Source of the DNA: Rotaria socialis | Taxonomy: Eukaryota | Length of the DNA stretch: 64,000 nucleotides | Reading direction: 5' to 3' | Assembly (NCBI GenBank): GCA_905331295.1 | Contig: CAJNYD010000373.1 | Span: 62,001 to 126,000, forward strand | Part shown: positions 51,877 through 64,000 of the stretch, in pieces | How positions within the stretch are numbered: the first letter of the stretch is position 1 | How the letters are laid out: each line of letters begins with the position of its first letter | The notes under the pieces: model-generated | The model's database searches: none | What the model saw: only the letters and a program-made list of their open reading frames with translations | Told to the model about the DNA's origin: nothing | Translations under genes and position numbers: made by a program

Positions 51877-54210
51877 TCAATTTGAATGATAACGATAACC
51901 TGGAAAGAATTAAGAAAAAATCAAGATTTCTAGGTTCAACACAACGGATCACTTATTTTGATGAAGAGAAAATAACCAGAAGTAACTCTTACAATCTCTA
52001 ACTCATAGAACACTCAAGGGAAATCATATTCAATGAAATAACATAAGCAATCAAGTGATGAGCATATAATGAGCAAGACACACACACATACACTTGTATT
52101 TATTCTCAAATTAAATCTTTTCATATAATCCAATATCATTCGATATTTTCATCGCTATTAAAGAATATTTCTCTTTTTCAAATAATCTAAAATTAATATT
52201 ACATATACATACATTCTATTGTTTCTTCTGCACGTCGACGATCTTGAATAATAAACATTGCAGCAAAAAGAAAAGCTGCACCACCAAGTGCAGCTACAAA
52301 CGGTGTCAACATTAAAGCATTGCGTAGTGACACCCATTGAGTTAAATTGTCATCAGCTCCATCTCGAAAAAAATCACTTATCTCACCGATTATATATGGA
52401 CTAGATGCATCGCCCTATAATCGAAAAAAAATTGATAAAGAAATTTTCAACAGTAGAAAAACATACCAGTAAATGCATAACAAAAATTAACATAGAACTA
52501 GCTGTAGATCGTCTTGTCGGAATGACAATATACTATAAATAGAAAAAAATCCTTGCTAGACAATGATAAACAAAATAAGAAGAAACTCAACCATAAGCAT
52601 ATCTGAAATAAGAGCCCAATTACTACAAAGTAATGTTTCTGCGATGAAAATAAAGATCCATGTTAGAATTAAGTGATCTTTTGATAATAGTAGAACACTA
52701 AATAGAAATGGCAGTGCAAGAAGAACTGCAATACCGCAGACAATGGGATCACCGCGAGCATTTATTTTACGATAACTAAAAAACATAAGATTTCTTATAG
52801 ATTTATTTTCTTATATAAAAATATACCGTCTAGCAACTTCACTTCCAAGTAATACACCAAGAATTCCAGCACCACAAGTTACGATACCAAAATACAGTGA
52901 TACACTATTTAGTAAGAATAATAAAATTGCAGCTAGAGACAGATTGAAATGGCTTACTTTGTTTTCTCTTTTGGATCTTCACTTCCACTTGCTAATATAT
53001 GAGCTTTTTGAAGAAAAATAGGTCCCCACCAAGAAAGTGATCCTAATCCAAATGCTACCCATGTAAATCCCATTGTTATTAAGATAAAAGTTTTACTAAA
53101 TGTTCAAAATAACTCATTAGTTTTAATCTAAAAAGTAAATTCAACAAACATTTTAAAAACTTGTTTGACATCCAAGAGCCAACTAGATGTTTTTTGCATA
53201 TGAGCACCATCAGCACCACCTCGTACAGGTTCGGCAACAAGAAAAATAAGTAAAATAACACATACCGCACCAAATGCAGGTGTTACCTTAACGATTCAAA
53301 ATAGAATTATCGAATCAAAATCAATAAGAATGACTTACTCGTAGCGCCCATCGCCAATCATCATTAAATGCTTTTGAAACATATGAACCAACAATATATC
53401 CAAGTCCTCTAAAAAATGAATTTTTTTCCCAAATCATCCTCCATAAAACACTTTACTTACCCGCCTAGTGGTACAGCAATATTAAAAAGAGCTAACATTT
53501 TTGTTCTCATATCATCTTTATATATATCAGCAATAATAGTCGGTGCTACACATGAATAAGAAGCTTCACCGATACCAACTAAACTACGTAACAAAACAAA
53601 AAGCCAAAATAACTAATTAAGAAAAAAAGAACAACAACACATGGCACATTAATGGTGTAGAAAAAAAATTTACATGCTTTGGTACAAATGATCCAGCTAC
53701 AGTTGTCATTGACCATAGAGTAACACCTAAGATAATCATTGATTTTCGACTATATCGATCGCTATAAAAATAAATAAAAATGAAGTTAATTCTTTAGTAT
53801 CGTTTTCAGATATTACCCTAGATATCCAAAAAGAGGTGCTAATGCCATATAACTACAGACAAAAACTGTTTGCAAAAGACCAGCTTCAGCGTCGCCAATA
53901 TGGAAATAATCTTGAATTTGTTCAAGGACACCTAGAATTTATATCATGAATTTTTAAAATTTCAGTTATAAGAAAAAAATGCCTGCTATGGCAAATCGAT
54001 CCATATAATTTAATAAATTAATAAGAAATAAAACGATCATTGTTATAGCGTTTTTATATTTTTTGGCTCGTGATGATGCTGGTGAAAAATGCGGCTAAAT
54101 ACACGATGAAATAAAAATTCATAAAATAGAAATGAATCCTAACAACAAATTACATCGTTTTCACTAGTTGGTTCAAGTATTGGTATTGACTCAGAAGCAT
54201 CGCCAGACAT
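51877..54210 (-). CDS. SPNS1: Spinster-family MFS transporter
   Basis: Motifs [98 protein letters not shown] and [14 protein letters not shown]. Many small introns. The terminal exon and stop are uncertain (~52200 or 51877). Confidence 0.9.
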
Positions 54211-54586
54211 AATCGATGATTTGAAATATTTTTAATACTAATTATAAATGTCACTTCTGACGATGCACATGAAATTTTTTTAACTTTCGTGAAGTTATCA
54301 AATGTTGTTTCTTTTCACTGATTCATAATTGACTACTTGCATGTGACAAATCACAAAACGACGTTTTTCTTCTCACATGCCAACTAGCGTCATCTGAATA
54401 TTTTTATAGAATTGCAGTTTTCATAGTTCTCAGAGAATTATATATGATTAAAAAAAAAGTGATTCGTTTTTGCCTGTTCACTTTTTTTATTGTTAAGCGA
54501 TATTTTCCTTTTTTTTTATTCTTTCAGAAAAGAACTTCTATCACAAATCATTTGAGCACTGCTGCTTGAAAAAAGAGTAGAACAAC

Positions 54587-55683
54587 TTAATCATCTTCAT
54601 AACATTTTAAAATTGGTTCAAAGAACTTTTTAAATGTTTCAGCACAAGTGGGTGTATTTGATCTAAGATTAAAAAAGAAACATTCATGCAAAAAAATAAT
54701 ACTCTAGAAAGCAAGTAATAATTTCCCTACCCGTATGTTAGCCATTTATTCAAGCGAGGTTCTACCAGTTCTTTTAATGCAATCGGTTCTTGACTTAACC
54801 AAATTCCAAGTATACGAACTGTTGCTTGAAGTATAGTATCGAATTTCTAGAAGAACAATAAGTTCCTATTAAGATAAAATGATTATAATTAATTTTTCAC
54901 TTGTTTATCTTCAGCATTATCAATAATTTGATCTATGAGAAAAACACAACCATTAAACATTTCAATTAATTTCGGAAGAACCGATGCCACATTATCATCT
55001 GTCAAATCATCCGATTGGCAAACAGCAGCTATTGTATATTCAATAATTAAATAACAAGCAGCAAGATGTTGCTGACGTTCTAAAATCTGTCGTATTAGGA
55101 AAGAAAATTAGAGTTGTGTTGAAAACATAATGACGTTTACTTCATTTATTTGATGATTTTCAACTATCATACGTAGTTCAACAGTACACAAAAGAACCAA
55201 TAGTAGGAATAGATTTTTATTATGTGTACAAAGAAATGAAACAGATTTATGTTGTTCTATCAGACAAGCATAGACATCGATAAGAATAGCTCGTTGCTCG
55301 TTTCCTGATTAAATAAATTCAATTATGAACTAATTCTTTTTAGATTTTGTTTTCTTCTTCAATAACTTACGAAGACGACATTGTAATAGATTTCCAAGAT
55401 TATCAAGTAGAATATTATCGGGTAATGATTGGAATACATCCTAATAAATACTAAATATCGTAGAAAACGAAGTATTGTAGACTAGCTACTAAATTATTAT
55501 CATACATGAGATATGGTAGGAATGACAGAACATAGCAATTGACAAGTTTCAAAGAATTTTTCATTCTATAAAAAAAATAACACAACGTTCCTGAGAAAAC
55601 CAATGACATAAATTACCAACCTCAGTACTACTCAATGATTGTGAACATAAATCGAAAATTTTTTTACATGCTGCAGCATCCAT
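54587..55683 (-). CDS. NCDN: Short neurochondrin-like ARM-type protein (~245 aa)
   Basis: Seven exons give LFLLLVLLCTVELRMIVE..HLAACYLIIE..LQATVRILGIWLSQEPIALKELV. This matches the recalled neurochondrin motifs LLVNLACVEVR / ACY / ASVRILGAWLAEE. It is missed by the ORF track. Confidence 0.7.
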
Positions 55684-56034
55684 TACTTTTCAAAAAGAAT
55701 GATTTGTTTACTAGATGCAAGAAATAATTTTCTCTGAATTATTTATTTGTTTATCTTAAAAAAAAAGAAAACAATTATGGTGAAAATAGAATGAGATGCT
55801 TTTCGCATGTGAACAGAAAACAATTTTCTATTGCCATGAACAACTTAAACATAGAAACACAAAAAACAAGAGGCATACATTTTATTGTGCACAAAAAAAT
55901 AGGTACTCAAACGAAAAAACGGACGGATTGAAAATGTAGCAATGTTCAACATCAATAAACTCGACATATTCATTTGATATTTTTATTGTTGTGTAAATAT
56001 TGTACAATGGAAGACTACATATAGTTGAATTCAA

Positions 56035-59000
56035 TTAAGTCATCTGTACTGTTTCATTTAGCTGTGGTTCATTTGGAATATCATCGTCATCATCATCGTC
56101 TTCATCGTCTGGTGGAATGTACGTAAATTTTTCTTCTTCAAAAATTGCTCTTGCTCGTTGAATATCACGAGCTAATCGGATCGCTCGATCATGGAAGTCA
56201 CACCGTAGTAGAGAATGTTGATATTGTTTTCCACCATTTTTAGCTGTTGTTGATGTTGCTGCTGTCATCATTGTCGTTGTTGTCGTTGGTCTCATTTTAT
56301 CCGTACGTTTAGATTGACTATGAACGAATTCTACGTATGGTCGACGGCTATCATCGTCTAAATAAATACAAAAATTTTTAAAAATCAACTACTTTTCTAA
56401 TTCTAAGATTTTCTTGTTAGTTTTTTTTTTGATTTCGTTTTTGACTAAAGAATTTTCCGCTCGACTATTTTCTTCAGATGCAAAAACAGAATAAACTAAC
56501 CTATGACAACAACATTTGATACGGCACTAAAGTCGTAAACTTCAGTTATTTCATAATCAGTTTCATCTTGATTAGTTTCTGTTCGATAGATGATCACACG
56601 TTGCGATGTAATCATTGCCTAGAATAATATCGTAAGTTATAATAAATTTTTTTTCTACAGCTAACAAAAAGAATTTCATACATGCATGAAACAATTTCGT
56701 TGATCAGCTGCATATTCATCATCATTAACATTGTCTAATCTCCTTCTCGATACCGCATTAGCAGGTTTTTGTGAAACAGTTATTCGTGTAATATACCGTT
56801 CGGTTAAATCTCCTTTATTCATTTGATATAATAAACATTGACCATTAGCATCAAATGCTGAATATGGTTGAAGAAGTCCATAAATATTTGTTGGACATCG
56901 CGTTGTTCTTATACGACTTTTTGTTATTGTATTCGATGAGCGTGCACCTTCTTTAACTGCCATTGCCAAACCATTTGCAAAATCAAGTATGCCAACCACT
57001 GGTTTACTGACTGTTCCAACAATACCTTTTGCAACACCCTTCATTAAACCACCGACACCATCTTCGACAACACTTTTGTATGGCTGTGTAATAATTGATG
57101 TTAAGCCACCAATAAATCCAGCTGCCAAACCTACTGTTCCACCAATAACATGACCTATCGATGAACCACGATAACTGTTTGCAATAGCCTCACGCATATC
57201 ATCATGTTCTTCATCTGAAGCGAGCTTTCCAAGTCCATATGAAAGTGTACCTGTAAATTTCGATGTTGAATCAGCTACACCATGTGCAACACTTTTAACT
57301 AAACCACTAACACTACCATGATCAACAAAACTTGCCAAGCCATCAGTAACGTCGTTGAATAATCCCAATGGATTACCTAGAAAATCAACACTACCTAAAA
57401 TTTTAAATGCTTGTCGCTTAAGTTCATCGACATAATGTGTTGTAAGTGCAAGTAAAAAGAAATCATATGTATTAAATACATGCGTTTGATCGTATGATTT
57501 TAAATGTATAGGAGCATTTTCGAAGCGTATCAGTGGAAATGGAGCATGGCGTTTTATAGTTGATAAATGTGCTGGCAGTGAACGTGAAGTAGCACAATTA
57601 ACACTTAAATCAAGATCAATTGATATAATTGATACTTCATAAAAATAAATTCTTGTTGCTTGTGTGGACGTTAATAATGATAACAGACGTTGAGTATCGT
57701 ATTCACCTTCATCTAAATCATATGTTTGATCATCATTTTTTCCTGCTTTTTTATTTGATGATACAGTAAAGTCAATTTTAAAAAACTCCAATAATTTCCA
57801 TAGAAGAATTTCATCAATTTGAATTGTCACTCCATTTAAGCCAATGAATAGATAATGAAATATATACAATTGTCTAAACATTTAAAAGAAAACAGATTTT
57901 ATTGCAAATTCTACGAAATAAAAATTTTAAAAATCATCTAACATACTTATAGTTTGCACTTGGTTTTTGTAGACTTGCTTGTAAACGAAGTGCCGACTGT
58001 AAAAATGATTCGTCACTATAAGTTGCATACAATAGACACGGTGTTGTTGTCATTAATAATTGATTCGAAATAACTATTGTACCAATAGTAGCTTCAATGG
58101 ACTGTTCATTTTTGTCGTCCTTATAGGCAAGACTAATATCATTGAATATCATGAAAACGAGTTCTTCAGATTCATGACCTATAGAACTAATTATTGATAT
58201 ACCAATGCCACATTCAAGACGAAGATCAAAACTATAACTCATCAATGGTACATTATCTATTTTAGTTATTGAACTTGATGCTGCTGCTAAGGCTAATGCT
58301 TCTGATTTAAGAGTATTTAATGCATTATTTGTTTTAACATTTGCTATTTCAAGTATACGTGTTGGTCCATCGGCATATGTTCGTACAGACAAGAGCCCTG
58401 AGCCTTGTAAACGTCGATGTGGTCGAATATTCATTGTGGGTAATGGCGACAGCATGATACCGTGTTCATTGAAATGACGTGGTCCAAGTACGACTTCACT
58501 TTTTTCTTTTAATTCACCAAATACTTGTATACACATTTGTGTTTCTCCCATACATAGATAACCATCATCATGAAATCTCCATGTTTGTGTCAACGTTCGT
58601 TTATAATCATGTCGTCGAACAGTTAAACGTGTAAAGCGTGTCATTGAATGAACGTTTTTTAAATTTGCCGTAGGAGTCTCTTCAATGTCTAAGACATATG
58701 AACTTCGAATATCATCACATACTTCATTTTTATTACTCCAATCGCGTGGTGACGATGAACCTGTATGCACCAATAGACCACTGCTTGTCATACGCCATAA
58801 TTGTGAACGTTTATTTTCTTCACGTTGTGCAAGTACTAATTTATTTTCAATATAATCAATAACAAGTTGTTGCTGATTGAATAAAGGAAATGTATTTCGA
58901 TCATTCATAGATTTAGACTTGTGTAATAAATGTTTCGATTGATATTGTGCTGTGTTTCCTTCCGTAAAAGTTTGCTCAAATGCTAAACATATATGATTTT

Positions 59001-61712
59001 CATAACATAAATTTTCTCCGTGACCAAGTTTTTTTAAATCATAAGTTTCTTTTGTACCACCAACAATAGAACATGTTATGGTTTGCTGAAGTGTTGGTTC
59101 ATCCCATGCATAATCTATTGATTGATGTGGTTGAATAAATGCACGTAAATACGTCAATTCTTCACGTGTATCACTTTGATAAAATTGTATAGGAACATCC
59201 GATAGATTTTTAACACGAAGAGGTGCTGGCATTTGATTTGAATCCATAAAAACAACAAAAAATGTACCGCCACGTTCAATTACTTGTACTCTAAAATATA
59301 GCAGAAAATATCATGCGTAAAATTTTCAACCACAAAAATCTAAATCAAATTATCATCATTCAACTTTAAAATTCATGAATGACTATTAAGAGTTATGCAC
59401 TTTAAATATTTTTCTAATGAATTTATGGATTGATTCTGAAGATACTTCAGCATACCGAAACGCACATCATATCGCATGTACGTCTGCGCTAACGAGTTGT
59501 GTGATATTCATCTCAAACTTCTTATAGGCTGATCGCCAAAGAATACAGATGTTACCAGAAACAGAAAGAAAATTTCTTGATGTACAATTATTATAATTAT
59601 CATGTAGTTTATACAACCATGTTAACTGGTTGGTGAAAATCCCATGCAATCTTAATTTACCTTAATATTAAACATTGATTATTGTCATATCTTAAATTAA
59701 TATGAAATGCATTAACACGATTAATAAGAATACCACCGGACCAATAAACATGTTTATATTGACGATTATTAATAACGCGAACACACAGCAATTGATCGAG
59801 ATCACTTCTCGGCCAATGATAAGCAACATTAGAATGTTGTAATACATGTAAACAATTTTGTTCTAAATCACTATGATCTCCAGTTTGTAACATAGCTCGA
59901 ACAATGTGCCGTTGAGCAATGGATAAATCATATGAACATTGATTACTGATCATATACCGTGTACTAAGAAATATGAAATTAGTTCGACGTAAACGTCCTT
60001 TGCCTTGACGAACATCAATGCCAATATAGTAAATCCAATCCGGTGAACCATGCGGAGAACGAACATATAATTGACGATAACTTGAACCATGTTCTAGAAA
60101 ATGAAAGAAAAGTTCAAATTAGTTCATGCTTTAAATGATGAAATAAAGAAAAATAGATTTTACCTAAACTAAAACGCTGTGACCATACAGGACGGCCGTC
60201 ATCATTTTCATGTAAACCTGAACCAACTTTCATAACGCACGCATGAAAAGCTTCTTGATCACTAAATGAAAACAACAGTGGCTCACGATTTCGAGCTAAT
60301 TCATGTTCGTGACTTTGACCAGCGACTTCATTTACTGAACCTTCTTGTTTAAAAATTAATGGAATGCCTAGTATAAAATGTGAAGTGAAGAAAAAAAAAG
60401 ACGGTGTTACAACAATAAAACATACCGCTCTTATTAAGTAAAACATATGGTACAGAAACTGATATTTTAAGACGATGCCGAATCGAACAGACAATAGTAA
60501 CATCAACTAATAACAATCGATCAATGCTATCATAAAAGCCTACACTTTGACGATGATATCTCATAAGATTTAAATCATTTATCGATGGTACACGTAATGG
60601 TTTCGTCATACGAAAAAGATCTGTTGCAAAAGTAATATCAATCGCTTGACAAATATCTAATGCATGTTCACGATGTGATTTGTAGGGATTAAGTCGAACT
60701 TTATGTGGGTATGAATATATTTGAAAAAATAAATCACATGGAAGTAAATTATTAATTATTAATGGTGGCAGTATTGATATTTGATAGGATGATAGAATGT
60801 CATCTTTATATGCTAATAGACGGGTTCGCTTTGATTGTATACACACAAAATGAAGCGTATTATCTCCAACCATTGTACAGGTACGGAAAAACGATCGACG
60901 ATCTGTTGAATTTATATCACGATGACGTTGTAATGAATCCGTTTCCGTTGCTGCACTATTCTCATCACTAAACATATTATAAAGAAAATTGAAATAGAAG
61001 AATATTTTGTCTCTCGAGAGATGACTAAAGTTTTCAAAATTTATCTATACGTTGAGCTTTCATATTTAGAACAAGTACTCCTAGTTTTGAACTGATAAAA
61101 TCGTCCACACAGTTTAAACAATAACATATATTGCGATGTTCAAAAAGAAGATACAGCTTTGTAGAACATCGAATAGACAATCTATCTAAACAAGAATCAC
61201 ACTACTAGCTATGCCAAAGATCTGCTTAAGAGGAGGAGGTCCATTCTCGATCTGTCACTTGTTATCATGCGGTTTTAGACTACCTTTCATGGTCTTGTTG
61301 CCTTCTTCGTCTTTTTTCATTTGCAATTTCCATCCAATTAATAGGTTCACCACAATAATTAAATGTAAAATCTGCTGGTCGTACTTGAAATTGTCTTAAT
61401 GTTGGGCAGAATTGTAATGGCAATGAACGAGTTTCATTCGGTTCTAAACGTATATCATGTAATGAACCAGATCCACATTTTAATCGAATATCAATTGGTG
61501 TTAACAATTGATTGCGTATTTCAATCGGTGATCGAATTGTTATTAAACGCATTGAACTATCTGTCATTGTAACATCAATAAAAACCAGCATAGTTTTTTG
61601 TAATCGATCACCTGTAGGTTTAGCAAGTCGAAAAAATGTTCCCACACGATCAATTGATATAGGTTGCAACCAGTCCCAGCCTTCAATTAATATTAATAAA
61701 CGTCGATCTGAA

Positions 61713-61743
<31 letters not shown>

Positions 61744-64000
61744 GAAAATCTTTATTATACATATTCTTTTTTGCTGTCAATGCTTCACTGGGAAATATAA
61801 ATGATTTTGTTTCATTATATTCAACCATATGATCATTTAAATCAAAACGTTGTTGTGAAGATAGCCATGTACGAAATTTAACACGTTGTCCAATAAGATT
61901 TTGAAAGCAATAAGGTTCAAATGGTTTTGGTCGACGAAAATACATTGCTTCTTTATTAATATCATTTGAACTATTGAAATCTTCAAGCCAATTATTTTTA
62001 ACTAAGTCAAATAGTTGATGCATCGTATTTGTATAATTTATATTTAATAGATGATTCGAAGAAATAGACAATGATTTTGTAGTAGTCGAATTTTTTAATG
62101 TCATTTGTAACGGCCACACTTCAATAAACGGCTCATAACCAGATAACAAACGATTATAATAATCAATATTTACTTGACAATCTGCTTGTTGTATACGATG
62201 TGTTCCATATTCGATTATATTTAATTTAATTGATGCAAAATTTAAATTTAATAATGGAATATTTGCATTAAGACAATCATCAATTAAACAAAGACTTATT
62301 TGTTCACATGAAAATTTCATTGAGTGAACATTTAAAAATAATTTTGATTGTTTTTCATTATCGATTTCTTCTGTAGACATTGGTTTTTCTTGATTTAATG
62401 GCATTGTAGTTGAACGAATACGTAAATCAGTATATGAATCGTCGAAAGAAGGTTCGATTGAAAATTCACTATCTACTGATGGACGTTTTACTGGCTGATT
62501 TATTTGATATTTAGGTATAATATCACGTGTTTGCGCTTGATCGATTTGATTTTTTATTGATTGAAACATATATAACATTAGCTTAACATCGGAATATGAT
62601 AGACGGATAAATAATTGTGGTAAATTAACTTCAAATACATGTTGATCTTTTTCGGCTGTTAAATGTATATTAAATGTTATATTAATCGGTTCAATAATTG
62701 ATACAGCTGTAGATTGTATATTATTCATTTGGCATGAAAATAAAGTCACATTAAATAGATTGCACTCTAATGGACGTTGACGCATTGTTTCTCGGTAGGT
62801 TAAAGTCATAATACCACTTAGAACAAGTGCATTCGACTGTTGATTATTGGTTGTTTGAACAAGAACTAGTTCGGATTGATTAAAATTTAAACGCATTTCA
62901 AATCTTTTTTTTGCTTGAACTATCATCGATGTCGATGATGTTGATGAATTTGATTGCATTGGAATTTGTTGAAATGAACTAAGAAAATCATTTAATTTAA
63001 GTAACCAATCAACAATGAATAATACTCTTGTATGATTTAATACAATTGTATATTTATCATCAGTTTTTGTTGTTAATAAATGTATTTCTAATTGCATATT
63101 ACTTTCACTTGTTGACATCGATGATGATGATGTCAGTATATCACGAAATTCATTGCTGTTATTATTTTCCGTTCTTGTGTCATTTAATTTAATTGATGAA
63201 CATGTTAAATCAAGTACTTGATTATTATTTGAACATTTTTCAAATGAAAAATACGATTTTATAAATGCACAATAGCCTAGCGAATTACGCTTGGATTCCT
63301 GCGGTGTAAATATTTCAAAGCCGACATTATCCATTTGTACAATAAATAACAGATCAAGATAGACATCGCCCGTTAAAATTGTTGATACACATAGTGGATC
63401 ATCGTTCATCATAGCTAATCGTGTTGGTTGTTCTAATGGTTCACCTATATTATATGCAAGTATACCACGTATGAGAGAATATTGATATGTATCAAGAAGT
63501 ATATCTACTGAAGATAAATCAGCTTTAACACTATATGTTGGTGATGCATGACTTAGTGAATTATCAAGATTACGTTCAACATGAATATTTAAATAACAAC
63601 GTTCGCGTAACATCGACGACAGATCATTTTGTATTGTATGAAAACCGAAATCTGAGAATTTTACAGTTAATTGTGTATTTGAATCTGATTTCGAATAAAC
63701 AGCTGAATAAAGTAGTGTATCTTGAAATTGTATGGATATAACATCAAGTAAACATGTTGAAACTTTTGGTTTATTCATAATTGAACTTAATGTGCCCGGT
63801 TCGTTTTCAACAAGAAAACGATTTTTTATTATTATATTACCAAGATGAAGAATAATAACACGTTTATTTAAAGCATATTCAGGTAGAATAAGTATAGGAC
63901 TTTCAGCTTCAATATCAAGTTCAACACCAGTTGATCGCCCTGCTGAACAAGATATACTTTGACCGGCGGCAGCTGATCGTATTCGATTATAACATTCTTG
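56035..64000 (-). CDS. VPS13D: VPS13D bridge-like lipid transfer protein (3' part; the 5' end lies beyond the window)
   Basis: Motifs YYNRLLSGYEPFIEVW, VAB/SHR-BD repeats (YAWDEPT), a ricin-B-like insert (QLWRMTSSGLL..QTWRF..DGYL) characteristic of VPS13D, an ATG2_C region (ILGSVDFLGNPLGLFNDV..GG..KGIVGTVSKPVVGILD) and a C-terminal PH-like region ending at the stop at 56035. Confidence 0.92.

Overview
AT-rich eukaryotic DNA with many short (~50-70 nt) spliceosomal introns. It is most consistent with a bdelloid rotifer; this is an inference from the intron size, a MedPost-type Hox gene and intron-bearing bacterial-type genes. I reconstructed the gene models by hand from splice signals and reading-frame continuity. 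In order they are: KIF12-like kinesin (+), Pax1/9 (-), a ~2360-aa sacsin/NO VEIN-like GHKL ATPase with a C-terminal DUF3883-type PD-(D/E)XK domain (-), MedPost-like Hox (-), ALG11 (-), an LRR-Ig transmembrane protein (+), TP53RK/Bud32 (+), a small tail-anchored orphan whose stop codon overlaps that of TP53RK (-), two tandem GlpQ-like glycerophosphodiesterases (-), TMEM59-like (+), and a tight co-oriented minus-strand run VPS13D > short neurochondrin > spinster > SPFH protein > CDK5. There are also four non-autonomous DNA transposons: two hAT-type and two TA-flanked MITEs with related ends. The most interesting observations are the giant ATPase-nuclease resembling prokaryotic defence effectors, a candidate SL-trans-spliced operon (60-nt gap before CDK5), and the eukaryote-adapted GlpQ pair that probably came from bacteria.
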